The notes below the pieces were generated by a model. That model saw nothing but the letters and a program-made list of their open reading frames with translations. It was not told where the DNA came from and did no database searches. Below are positions 45,676 to 56,700 of a stretch of 64,000 bases of DNA, piece after piece (position 1 is the stretch's first letter; every line of letters begins with the position of its first letter). The translations under genes and the position numbers were made by a program. Source of the stretch: Candidatus Woesearchaeota archaeon (GTDB lineage Archaea; Nanobdellota; Nanobdellia; Woesearchaeales; GW2011-AR9). Where the stretch lies: NCBI GenBank assembly GCA_023265685.1, contig JAHFSP010000002.1, forward strand, positions 5,713-69,712. The letters are read 5' to 3'.

Positions 45676-45772
45676 CGTCCCGGACGTGATTTGAACACGT
45701 GACCTGACGGTATCTTTTCACAGATACTGTGAGTAACAGCCGTCCGCTCTAACCGGGCTGAGCCACCGGGAC
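45676..45772 (-). tRNA. tRNA-Asn(GUU) with canonical 22-nt intron after position 37
   Basis: Hand fold: GTCCCGG/CCGGGAC acceptor plus discriminator G; D-arm GCTC-AGCCCGGTTA-GAGC; anticodon stem GACGG/CCGTC with loop CTGTTA-[CTCACAGTATCTGTGAAAAGAT]-A; T-arm ACGTG-TTCAAAT-CACGT. Oligo-T follows and there is no encoded CCA. Confidence 0.85.
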
Positions 45773-45798
45773 ACTGAGGTTGAAAGTGCGATGGTTGA

Positions 45799-45806
45799 TT
45801 TATAAA
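45799..45806 (-). promoter_or_regulatory. TATA box (TTTATAAA) of tRNA-Asn
   Basis: 26 nt upstream of the tRNA 5' end (45772). Confidence 0.45.
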
Positions 45807-45812
45807 GATTTC

Positions 45813-45971
45813 TGCGATCGGGGCTTTGTAGAAAGTCTCGTTCGGACCCTCGCAGGAAGTCATATTTTTGAATAAAAGTTTTATTTTTTCGATTGCGAGG
45901 GTATGGTGGAGTGACTAACTGTTGTCCTCACTGGTGCAGGGCACGACTTTTTCTACAGAGCCTGCGATCGG
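45813..45971. mobile_element. candidate MITE-like element (141 bp) with imperfect terminal inverted repeats and 9-bp flanking direct repeats
   Basis: TGCGATCGG occurs at 45813-45821 and 45963-45971. Terminal arms GGCTTTGTAGAAAGTC (45822-45837) and GACTTTTTCTACAGAGCC (45945-45962) pair over 16 bp (one G-U wobble) with a 2-nt bulge. An internal 9-bp inverted repeat is ACCCTCGCA/TGCGAGGGT. Confidence 0.3.
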
Positions 45972-46049
45972 CGGGTGGAAAAATGATCTGGCTGAAATGG
46001 GAGGTTTTCTTGCAATATTCTTTTAAAAAAGATAGTGTTTTAGTAGAAT

Positions 46050-46352
46050 ATGGTAATATCTACTCTTACACCTAGACTTGAAGAAGCACAAAAGACAATA
46101 GAGGCCACGTTGATGTGGGCTGGGATGTTAGAGTCGAGTCCAGGAAGGAGTTTGCTTTTTGTTGATATTGGAACGGATATTTGTGATAAATATACTCTTG
46201 ATGAATTTTTGTTGGTTGCGAAAGGTGTTGGAGATTCTTTGGTATACGTAGCAGATACAGATCCTGTAAAGTATGAAGCCCTACGACAAACACCCATCGC
46301 AGAAGGTTATCTACGGGTTTTAAATGAATATAAACGACGAGAATCTGGGTAA
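46050..46352 (+). CDS. hypothetical protein
   Basis: 100-aa ORF. No motif recognised. Confidence 0.35.
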   Translation: MVISTLTPRLEEAQKTIEATLMWAGMLESSPGRSLLFVDIGTDICDKYTLDEFLLVAKGVGDSLVYVADTDPVKYEALRQTPIAEGYLRVLNEYKRRESG

Positions 46353-46362
46353 TATTAGTAGA

Positions 46363-46617
46363 TTATTTTGCTCTGGCTTTTTCGTTGTACTCTTTTTGTT
46401 TTTGTTGATGGTAGGTACAGAAGACGATTCCGTGGATAGCTTTGTTTGAACAGCGAACGCAAAAACCTGATTTTTGTTTTTGATGATAGGTTGATTTTCG
46501 TTCTTTTTTGAGCCTTGAGGCGTTTTCATGATAGAATTTGAGGAAGCGGTTTTTGTATTCTGGCCGGGATGTTCTGGTTATGGTTGATTTTATTTTGTGG
46601 AAGAGTTTTCGTAACAT
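46363..46617 (-). CDS. small basic zinc-knuckle protein
   Basis: 84 aa, Lys/Arg-rich, with CVRC..(x)..CTYH. It lies downstream of fpg on the same strand. Confidence 0.4.
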   Translation of the reverse strand: MLRKLFHKIKSTITRTSRPEYKNRFLKFYHENASRLKKERKSTYHQKQKSGFCVRCSNKAIHGIVFCTYHQQKQKEYNEKARAK

Positions 46618-46650
46618 GGTTTTACCTCTGTTGATTTTTATATGACTTTT

Positions 46651-47457
46651 TTATTTTTGGCAGGTGGAGCAATACCAGGTACCACGTCCTGCGATTTTTT
46701 TTGATTTTAATTCATGGCCTTTGGGGCAAGCCTCTTTTTGATAGACAGCGAGATATTGTGCAAAATCGCCTTTGCCATCAAGATGTTTGAAGTTGGAAAC
46801 GGTTGTGCCGTTTTTTTTGATTGCTTGTGTGAGGAGGTGGAGGAGTTCATGGTGGAGTTGGTGGAGTTTTTGTTTGGAGATGGTTTGAATCTTTTTTGTG
46901 GGGAGGATTTTGGCGTGGTAGAGGGCTTCTTGAGCATAAATGTTGCCAATGCCCGCAATACAGGCTTGGTCGAGTAATTTAGATTTGATGTTGGCTTTTG
47001 GATAGGATTTGATTTTGGTGGTGAAATCGTTTGGTGTGATGTCAAAGGGATCTGGACCAATTCTCTTGAGGAGATCTTGATATTGTTCTTTTGTTAAAGG
47101 TTCAATACGACCAAAGCGGCGAATTTCGTTGAATGTGAGTGCTGTTTTGTCGTTGAATGTGAAGAGGGCTGAGCGGTATTCATGCGAGGGGTGATTTTGT
47201 TGGTTGATTTCTTGTGGTGTGTTAAGGTAGTGAAAATGGCCAGTCATACGTAGATGGACCATGATCGTGCTTTTGTTGGTGTTGAGGAAAATGTATTTTC
47301 CTCGACGAGTGATTTGAGTTATTTTGAATGGGATGAGGGAGAGGAGTTTTTTGGAGACAACTTTTGCGTCAGTGATAGTGATGTGGGTGATGGTTTTATT
47401 GAGGATCTTGGGTCGCAGTTTTCGTACAACGGTTTCAACTTCGGGGAGTTCTGGCAT
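46651..47457 (-). CDS. mutM: formamidopyrimidine-DNA glycosylase (Fpg/Nei family)
   Basis: MPELPEVETV N-terminus (catalytic Pro2/Glu3), an H2TH region and a C-terminal zinc finger (C..(x)..YCSTCQ). It starts 8 bp after the stop of the upstream 917-aa gene. Confidence 0.85.
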   Translation of the reverse strand: MPELPEVETVVRKLRPKILNKTITHITITDAKVVSKKLLSLIPFKITQITRRGKYIFLNTNKSTIMVHLRMTGHFHYLNTPQEINQQNHPSHEYRSALFTFNDKTALTFNEIRRFGRIEPLTKEQYQDLLKRIGPDPFDITPNDFTTKIKSYPKANIKSKLLDQACIAGIGNIYAQEALYHAKILPTKKIQTISKQKLHQLHHELLHLLTQAIKKNGTTVSNFKHLDGKGDFAQYLAVYQKEACPKGHELKSKKIAGRGTWYCSTCQK

Positions 47458-47465
47458 GTGGAGAC

Positions 47466-50219
47466 TCAGGGAGATTTTGGTTGATATTTTTGATATGCTT
47501 CGAAAATACGTTCGACGTAGGGGTTCACATAATTTCCTTCAGCTACGGATTGTCCATTTTGTCCTTTGAACAGGTTTCTGTTCATCATTTGTTTAACATT
47601 CTCCCACGTTACAGGTTGTCCAGCTTGTTTTACTAAGTTGACATTGGCGAAAATTTTGCCTGATCCTCGGTTATGAGAAGCAATCGTTAATTTGACACGG
47701 TCATTGGGGGTTGCTGCATCAGGAAATCTCGCAAAGCTTTGTTTGGTAAGTCTGGCCATAGCATGAATATTTCTTTCAGAATCAAAACGGTCATCATATA
47801 GTGGATCTCCTTTTATAGGGCTGCATTGATACACGCCAGGTACCCAGATGTCTTTTCCTGCCTGAGCTCTTTCATTTTTGCAATGGTATTTCCCTTCGTT
47901 GGCGTCTACAACCGTACAGCATTGATGTACATTTGGAAAAATGTCTTTAAATGAATTATCGTTCGCCGTACTGAATATGAATTGTCCTAATCCTGCTGCT
48001 CCTGCCGTACTAATTTTCCACGGATTAAACGCAGATTCTTGTGAGCCTATTGCTTTCACTAACGCAGGGGAGACTTGTTCTTCTTGCGCATACTGATTGA
48101 ACCATCGATCATACTTCTCGTTTTCGATTATTGGATACAAGCTATACGAAGAGCCACTATCTTCTTGCGTTGCGCCTGGTGCTGCGGGCGGAGGATATAA
48201 TAGATCCCATGAGACAAATCCTGTTGTTGGATCGTACACGTATTCACCACCTTTAATGTAGGGAGAGACTTTTCTCCAGGCTTGATCGATTTGTGTGAGA
48301 CGAACAGAATATGACTTAGAGATGGACTCTGGCGGACCTGAAGGATCGGCTCTTCCACTTTCCGACATGTATCCTAATTCTGGGGAGCTGTAGTCTGGAG
48401 ATATTGACTCTGGTGAAAGAGGAAATTGAGGATTTTGGTTACCTGCCAATTTTTGTAATTCATAGTATACTTTCTTAGCCCATGACTTTCCCCCATCGTT
48501 ATCGAAATGAACAGCAGAGGGTGGAATAAGATGTTCGCGATCTTCTTGTGTTAACGCTTCGGCATCTATCAATGAACATTGAGTATTGATTATTTGTTTG
48601 AGTGCTGAATTTATTTCGTCTGGGTGTACTTTAGCACTACCGGTGACGGGGGCGCCAACCCAAATACATTTTGCATTATTAGTTGTAATTTTATTGATTA
48701 AAGAGAGAATATTGGCTCTTTGACCATTGACACCTTCCGTATTTAGGAAATTGGTCCCTAATGAAATGATAACGAGTTGCGGCCTTAATGAGGAGAGTTG
48801 CGTTTCAAAGTTGAAATCTCTCATGATTAGATTACTTGGAGATTGCTTATTTATTAGAACGAGAGAACCTGCAGGATTTGGTCCGGTAGATTTGCCATTA
48901 TTATCCCTTAACTCGTTACACACTTTATAGTTAACCTTATCAAAATTACTTGCTGCTGCTCCCCCACAGGCATAGGTTTGAACTTGAGAATTTTCTGAGA
49001 TTAATCGGTGTAATTCTTTACCATATGCTCCCACCGAATGAGAATCTCCGATGAGGAGGATGGGAGAAAGAAAAGTTTGAGTTGCATCACCACATTCAAA
49101 ATCAGCTGCGTCAATGTTGCCGTCTCCGTCGTCATCAACACTGTTGTTGCAGATTTCGTTTTCTAAACAGATTTGACCTTCGGGACCAAGTTGATATTCA
49201 CATTCTAAGTCTGCACAGTCGATGAGTCCGTCGTTGTTGTCATCTTCTTGGTTATTGCATATCTCTTTCTGATTACAATATGTTTTTTCATTACATTGAA
49301 AATCATCGCAATCAACGTGACCATCTTCATTATTGTCGAGACCATCATAGCAGGTTTCAGGGATATCTTGGGAGTTAATGCTAACAGGGATAGGGCATAT
49401 TGTGACTTCAGGTCCGCGTTGTCCTGCGCAGGATTCATCTTCACAATCAACTGTTCCATCACCGTTGTTATCTATACCATCTGCACAAGGAAATGTCAAA
49501 CCAGATTGATCAATAGCACTAAATTCAGGAAGATTATTTTTTGGTTGGGGAATTGCGGCAGGTTGGCCATCAACTTCTGATTCCACAGGTTCCGCCGCAA
49601 TAGGTACTACAGCTGGAGAGCTAGCCAGAGTACATATCTTTTCCCAGCCAGTGTTATCGAAAAAAAGTTTATTATCTTTTAATTCAGGTGTGTCGGTAAG
49701 GGTAATACCTGAGAATGTTCTTCCTTTAGAATCGCCAGTAGGTAAAATACAATTAAGCTTCAGGTGAGGATCAGTATATGACGACTCCCCATTATCAACG
49801 CGAGATATAACTCTTTCAGTCGTTATAACTCCATCTTTTATGAAGAACTTGTACGTGTGGTAATTGTAATCTTCTTGGCCAATCTTACATGTCACCCGGA
49901 GATCATAGATTTTGTAAATAGATCCCTCTTCATTTAGTTTATTACGCACGAAAGATATTCCTATTACCTCACCTGATGGGCATATAAAATTTACGTTACT
50001 ATAATCTTTTTTGCCAATTGATGAGCTGGTAGAAAAAATACCGTTAGTACTTGAGCACATAAAATTTAAACCATTAACATAATTTCCTGATTCTAATGAA
50101 ACCCGTACACCTACCAGGGGCTCTCCTTCTTCACAAGATACCCTTATTTGATCATCAGCAATAACTATTGACATTAAAAACAGAATTACAATGAGTACAA
50201 TAAGGTTGGTTTTTCTCAT
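47466..50219 (-). CDS. secreted multidomain protein: N-terminal beta-rich domain, 4x Cys/Asp (CxDGxDNxxDGxxDCxDxxC) repeats, SGNH esterase, SLT lytic transglycosylase
   Basis: 917 aa with signal peptide MRKTNLIVLIVILFLMSIVIADD. Repeats span residues about 245-376 (nt 49092-49487). SGNH blocks: LLIGDSHSVG, ACGG, SLGTN, DREH (nt 48450-49064). SLT motif GSQESAFNPWKISTAGAAGLGQF (nt 47640-48122; Glu codon at 48036-48038). Confidence 0.75.
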   Translation of the reverse strand: MRKTNLIVLIVILFLMSIVIADDQIRVSCEEGEPLVGVRVSLESGNYVNGLNFMCSSTNGIFSTSSSIGKKDYSNVNFICPSGEVIGISFVRNKLNEEGSIYKIYDLRVTCKIGQEDYNYHTYKFFIKDGVITTERVISRVDNGESSYTDPHLKLNCILPTGDSKGRTFSGITLTDTPELKDNKLFFDNTGWEKICTLASSPAVVPIAAEPVESEVDGQPAAIPQPKNNLPEFSAIDQSGLTFPCADGIDNNGDGTVDCEDESCAGQRGPEVTICPIPVSINSQDIPETCYDGLDNNEDGHVDCDDFQCNEKTYCNQKEICNNQEDDNNDGLIDCADLECEYQLGPEGQICLENEICNNSVDDDGDGNIDAADFECGDATQTFLSPILLIGDSHSVGAYGKELHRLISENSQVQTYACGGAAASNFDKVNYKVCNELRDNNGKSTGPNPAGSLVLINKQSPSNLIMRDFNFETQLSSLRPQLVIISLGTNFLNTEGVNGQRANILSLINKITTNNAKCIWVGAPVTGSAKVHPDEINSALKQIINTQCSLIDAEALTQEDREHLIPPSAVHFDNDGGKSWAKKVYYELQKLAGNQNPQFPLSPESISPDYSSPELGYMSESGRADPSGPPESISKSYSVRLTQIDQAWRKVSPYIKGGEYVYDPTTGFVSWDLLYPPPAAPGATQEDSGSSYSLYPIIENEKYDRWFNQYAQEEQVSPALVKAIGSQESAFNPWKISTAGAAGLGQFIFSTANDNSFKDIFPNVHQCCTVVDANEGKYHCKNERAQAGKDIWVPGVYQCSPIKGDPLYDDRFDSERNIHAMARLTKQSFARFPDAATPNDRVKLTIASHNRGSGKIFANVNLVKQAGQPVTWENVKQMMNRNLFKGQNGQSVAEGNYVNPYVERIFEAYQKYQPKSP

Positions 50220-50770
50220 CCGACATCAAACCTCTTGATGATAGTGACTTTTTTGTTGAGGAGTGGGTTTTCAACAATGATCTCGATTTGATATTGACCG
50301 ATTTGAGGATTGTTGCCGAGGGTGAAGTAATCAGCAAAGGCAACAGCTTGAGATTCTTTAGGGGATTCTTGGTGAAATGTGTAGGAGTTCTGCTGTTCTA
50401 AGTCGAGGATGATGTTACCTTCGGGATTGATGACACGATAATTACGTGCGATCATGATCTCGCCTTGGTAGACGCTGCTTTCTACTAAGAAGCGTAGATA
50501 GATGTTGTCGTCGCGTTGGAATAATTCTGTTTTGTTGTAGCAGTTAAATTTAGTGTCGACGTAATTACAAAGATCTACTTGTCGTATTTGAAGATCGCCG
50601 GTTCTCTCTAATGGAATAAATTCTGCATTGAGTACGTTGACTTGTTGTTCTTGCGCTTGGGGTGAAAGGACATCAAAATGGATGAGGAGGAGCATGATCG
50701 CTGTGGTGAGTGCGGCGACTCCTACGATGACGATTACTTGTAGCCAGACGGAACCTTTGGAATTGATCAT
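50216..50770 (-). CDS. small single-pass membrane protein
   Basis: 184 aa from MINSKGSVWLQVIVIVGVAALTTAIMLLLI. The ATG overlaps the upstream stop (ATGA 50767-50770) and its own stop overlaps the next ATG (ATGA 50216-50219). Confidence 0.5.
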   Translation of the reverse strand: MINSKGSVWLQVIVIVGVAALTTAIMLLLIHFDVLSPQAQEQQVNVLNAEFIPLERTGDLQIRQVDLCNYVDTKFNCYNKTELFQRDDNIYLRFLVESSVYQGEIMIARNYRVINPEGNIILDLEQQNSYTFHQESPKESQAVAFADYFTLGNNPQIGQYQIEIIVENPLLNKKVTIIKRFDVG

Positions 50771-53700
50771 GGGGAAGGGGTTGGAGTTGAAGCACATTTA
50801 GTGATAAGTTCATTACCAGATGGAATTATAAATGATGGATTCTGAATAACATTTGTTGCGATAGTACAACTTGAAGCAGTAGTAGTTGTAAGACATTTGT
50901 ATGCCCAGGTAGTATCTCCACTTATTCTTTTATCGAAACCTTGACTTGTACAATCACCTGAAGGGGGCGATGCTGGAGAAGGAGCTGTTGGGGAGGTAGA
51001 TGTATTACAAAGAACGAAAAGAGCATGATTAGCGGGGATAACGAAAACAGGGTTAGTTCTTCCTGTTTTAGTATTACACGCAGCGGCTTTATTGTCTACT
51101 TTACATTGATATATGTAATCATCATTAAGAATGCTTTTGTCATAGATTGTACTATCACATTTTCCTGCTAGTTCCCTCTTGGCACTTGCAAGAGTTCCAG
51201 CATTACAGTATAACCCTTTACCATCTGTAGTATCGCCATTAATCTTTTTATCGACTTCGCACAGATAGATAGATATTTTTTTGTAGTCAGTGGTGTCGGT
51301 GACGTCTGGGCCATACGCGGGAGCAGGTTGACCGGCGTAGTTACGTTGGCCTGCTTCTCCAAAGAAATATTTGAGCAGATTATTTAATTCTGTTTTATAG
51401 GCAGCGACATCATTCTTCTCGGTTTTGCCTTTCATGACAAAGGCAAGAGTGTCGTAATAGAGGGCGAGAGCGTTGGTCATATCATTGCCAAGCTCTTTGA
51501 AGACGCCTATGGCAATTTGATGAACGCGATTATAATTATCTTGCATGAAGACGTCATGAAGGCCGCCTACTTCAGCTACAGCAGTTGCGGTTTTTTGAAT
51601 ACGGACTTGTTGAACGTGACGATTTTTTCCGATCGCAGGGGGTTTGGCGATTTGAGTCGGAGTTGTACAGCCTCCCCCTTCATCATGTTCGTATAATTCA
51701 TAGACTACTTGGATTTCTTTACTATTAGCCTCATTCGCATACACACTTTTTTTGGCGACACGATAGGTACATTGTAATGGTTGTGTTCCTAATTCAGGAC
51801 GACCGATAGCATTAGATAGAGTGAATCCGTCGACGTTGAATGAGGCTTGGTTGGCTTGATCTACGGTTAATTCTTTGACATTGCTAAGAGCAAGGGATCC
51901 TGCGGAAACACTATAGCCTGCTTGAGTTGATTGAGGGGTGAGTGTTGCATCAGCAGGTACAGAGACAGTTACTTTGCCTGCACCGTTAGTGACAGGAGTG
52001 TAGCCAAAGAGGAATTCTGTTCCATCATGGACATCATCTGGAGTACCACTATAGGTGGGAGAGTTCGGACAGCCGTTATTACTTTGAGTTGTGCCTTTTC
52101 CTACGGTTTGAAGCAGATTTGAAACACCGCCAAACATCTCACTTCGTACGATTGCAATACTGTCTTCTTTTTTGAATGTGCCTTGGACATTATCAGGAAT
52201 AGGAAAGATTGCATCTTGGGAAACACCAGGAAGATTACGAATCGTGCGTTTAAGACACATGCCTTTGCCATTGAGAGCGAGATTGAGACGAACGCGAACA
52301 TCATCACCGAGGATAAATAGGTTAGGTGTTTGACAATTAACCCAGCGATCAGTTCTGGCGTCGTGACATTCCATGTAGGGTGATTCGATGGCTGCTTGAC
52401 CTGCACCAAATAAGTTGGAGAGTTCAGGACAATTATATCGCCCCGATACAGCATCAACACTACATGTGCCGACGAGTTCGGGAGTTGTGTCAGTGATAGG
52501 GAAATACCATACGCCTTTGCGACCTTGGGCTACTTCTTTATCAAAACATAACTCAGGGTTTTCGGCTGGATCTATTTCTACTTCAACTTTAACGTGATCG
52601 TAGCGGAAATGAGAATCGATACGTTGTGGCGTATCAATGGGTACACTAAACATACGACCGCTGGCGATACTCATGTCTGAGTGGATTATTTTCTCACGTT
52701 CGCCTGCGAATTCAGATTTGGGGTCAGCAAGTAAGCAATCACAGCCTTTGCCGTTACAAGATAAATCAACGCCATAAAATCCACGATCCTCTGGACCTAT
52801 ACATTTAAGCGAGGTTACGGCTCGGGTAATTTTACAGCCCGGCATAATGACTGCACCTATTTCGTAATTGTGAATGGCGGTTTGTCGAGCAGGATTAAAC
52901 GTACTTAACTCACGAAATGCTGGGGCAACAACAACTGAAGTGTGTGTTGGAAAAGCGTAGGCAGCATCAAGTAAAAAGTCTTTGGAGAAGAGCGGAAAAT
53001 CAAACCCAAATGCAGCCATACACATGGATTGCGCAAAACCTTGTGCACCACCCTGGAAATAGTTGTTAAGTTCGGCGTTACCATAATCTGCTTTGATATC
53101 ACTGACGCTTGATTGTAATGCATCCGTCATGCCCCGGGTCCCTTCTTTTACAATAACTCCAACATCCTCGAAGGCGCCACCTTTTCCAACGTCATCAAAG
53201 TTGGAAGGGGTACAACTATTCGAGAGCATTGACGCAATACCCTTGTAAACAAGGCCACAGACATTTTGCGTAAACCAGGTTTTACAGGCACCAGCGTCAT
53301 AGAGACCAGTATATTTAGCTTCGACTAAACAATTACGTAGACCGACGAGAATACTTTCAAGCATGACCATGTGTTTAAGAATGCCTGAGGTACACATTGT
53401 TTGAACAGACTCGATAAACCCGGCATGAGGATCAACTTTGGCAACTTTCTTTTCACCAGGCAGGTAATCTGTAACATAATCTTGACCGAAGGCTCCTGAG
53501 AGATCACGTCCACTGTAATAGCGAATCTCGGGGTAATAGGTTCCTACACGACCTTTGTTCTCTTTGTAGATACGTTCTTCACGATAGGACCATTTTTCTT
53601 CTACACCTTGTTTGAATTTGTTGGCTTCAACAGCTGTACGTAGGCTGCGATCGTCGTTGGAGTGGGTTTGTTTTGTGGGAGGAGTTCCCGTACAGACACA

Positions 53701-56700
53701 TTGATAAAATTCTGGTTCTCGGGTATCAGTATAACTTTGAATGAAACAATCTTTAGTATATCCGGCTGCATAACGGGGAGTCTCGTCCGTAGAACCTAAG
53801 ATTTTATCACTCTGATCGTAGAGTTGAGGAATTCCTTTATCATCGTTTTTTTCTTTGTAACAACCTTTACTAAAGTATCCTTTCTGTTTATCAAATTTGT
53901 ATTGGTCTGTAAATGCACCTTTGTAGGGGTCACTACATACTTCTTGACAGGTTACGTCTCTTCCAGCAATTAAGCCTTCTGAATCAGGGGGTTGATACAC
54001 TATTAGTGTGTCTTCTTGTGCTACAAGTCCACCCAATAGTTTGTTGGCAGGTCGTAAGTGAAAGATACCTCTTTTTGAATCGGCATTGAAATCAGGATTT
54101 GGATCCTTGTAATAGATGACATCACTTCCATCACCTTTCGTCCAACAGTTGCCTACATCTTTTGCATCAACAACAAGATGAGTAGCATCAGCTTTCAAAT
54201 GATCTTGACAGTTTTCTAATGGCTTGAGTGGCACACCTCGTCCGGTCACAGCACAAGAACTTTCAGCTTGAATGATTTTGGTAATGGCTTCTTCAGTCTT
54301 ATCTTCGGTCCAGCCGGCAGGAACAGCACGACAAAAAGCGCGATCACAGGTCCAGCGGTAGGCTTGATCTAGTGCAGCTTCGAATTTCCAGGCAGTTGCA
54401 GTGGAGTCGCATAGTTCATCGAGAGTGATGTCTTTTGTTTTGTCACCTTCAAGACCACCCGCATTAAATGCGTCAACAACTTTGCCTGGAAGCCAGGCCC
54501 CATATTGTGCAGGATCGGCCGTATACATTTCGTACCAATTTTCTAACGTGGAACGTAGATAGAGATTGTTTTGATTGATGGGACATTTGCCTGTTTCATC
54601 GAATGAGCCACCTTTTTGTTTTGCTTGATTCTGGGGTTTGGCAAATTCAAAATACGATTCAAGACGTGATGTTGCGACACGAATACCACGACTGACCCAG
54701 CGTCCTAAAAATGAGGCAATACAACTTACCCCGGTAATAATATAGGCAGTTTCAACATAGCCGCGTGCGGTTTGGAGCATGTCAATGGTTTTGTTGAGGG
54801 CAGCGACACCGTCGTTGGCAATGAAATCAGGAATGAGATCTTTACTTTCGAGGGGAATGTCAACAAAATAGCCAATATCTTGACACGAGGTTTGAGTTTT
54901 GGTTTGGCTCCATTGTTCTTCATTGGTATCAGGATTTTTGTTGCCACTTTTTTCTTGATATTCAATAGTTACTTTGAGAGGAAACACGATTTGACGTTTT
55001 TTAAAGTCATTCCAGAATTTGTCTTCTTTTTTACTGAATTTTGAGGCACCAATTAATGTCCACGTTGCGTAGACGGCATCGGGGCCTAAAATCGGACGAG
55101 TGGATCCCGGAAGAAGTTGACAACCGATGCCAAAGCGAGTGTCATCTTTCATGGCTTGAGTACAGGCAGGTTCAATACGTACATTGGTAATTTTGTAATT
55201 GCGATCATATTGGTTTCCAGATGCGTCAAGCGTTGGTGTACCTTGCCCGAGATAATTAAATTTGAAAACGGTTTGAATTTCCTGACGGCCGTCGTCAAGT
55301 AGAGTAGGGTTAAGACGATATGGCTGTTGAAACTTCGCCATGTTCTCAAGACCAAATGCAAGATCACCTGAGGAACAGGAATTAACATTGACGGTGCGTT
55401 GCCAACCAACACTTTTGCCGCTACTGTCTTCAGCGATGATGTAGACAAAATAGGTTACTTGTTGTTGCGCGGCAAGTTGTTCTTGAATTGGAAAAATGGA
55501 GACTTGGGCAAGTTCAGAAGGCACTTGACGCGGGGTTAATTTTTTCGTAGTGAGTTGAGAACGTAGTGATAATGAGAAGTCTACATCTTTAAAGCGAAAT
55601 GATCCATTCTGATCTGCGGTGACAACAGTCACAGCACGACTAAAGTCCGGTGTGTATTGTTGGCCTTCGGGACGGTAAATGTACAAATAGACTTTGGCAC
55701 CGCTTTCTGTTTCTCCGGAGATGGATGATTCGGCTCTGGTTTCATAATATTGATAGCCTTTTTCAATTTCAGCACGTAGGGTGGGTACTTGGATATCGGC
55801 TTTGAGGTTGAGGATTTTTTCTGTGACCCACCCAGCACGATCGGTTGCACGTATGATTAAAGCGTTTTGACCTTCTTGAAGATCAACTGACAGGGAGAAT
55901 GGTTGTGCGGCGTCAAGGTTTTCTTGTTGTTCTACAGAGCGATTATTGACGAAGACTTCGATGCTCGAATTTTCACTTAGAGACCCATTAAGAATGAGTT
56001 GTTTGTCCCCGATTAATTCTGGAACTGGAAGGAGAGTAATTTGCGGTTTGTGAGAATCAGCATAGACGATACTTGTCGTGTTGGCAGTATTGCCGAAAGA
56101 ATCAGTTGCTTGGACGAAAATGAGGTTGTCTTTTTCTTCATCGAGATGAACATTGGTTACGACGAATGTACCATCGGCAGTTTGAGGAGTTGGTCCTTTG
56201 GCTTGAGCGTTGGCGCCAAGATGCCCATTGACGAGGACTTTGATGGCAGCACCATTTTCAGCTGTGCCATTAAATGATAAGGAAGTGCCTTGGATAATTG
56301 CAGGAATGGTAAGAGTTACTGATGAGGTTGCGATGTCGGGGGCAAGAGTTTGAAATGAATAGAATGAACCTTGGGCGTCATCGATAATAGGACCGCTTTG
56401 AACTTTGAATTGATACGTGGTTTGGGGATCGAGATTAGGAAGAATGAGTTGATGTGTGGTGACGGCGTCAGCGTCTCCTTTTCGGATGAATTGAGGTTGG
56501 TTTGTGGGAGGGGTGGGATTTTGAGGTGAATTTGCAAGAGGGTTCGTCGTGTCGGTTTGTGAAGATGCCGCTGGAGCATATTCAATAAAGCTATCAGCAG
56601 GAGTATCAGTTTGCCAAGTTACCGTTGCACTGTTTTGAGTCACGTCTTGAGTGGTAACACCTGATATTTCAAGAGCAGTAACAACTGAAGTATTAATGAG

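Noticed and set aside
45531-45863. 110-aa minus-strand ORF
   Set aside because: It runs straight through tRNA-Asn, its promoter and the MITE-like element, and it overlaps the 3' end of the NUDIX gene. It is spurious.
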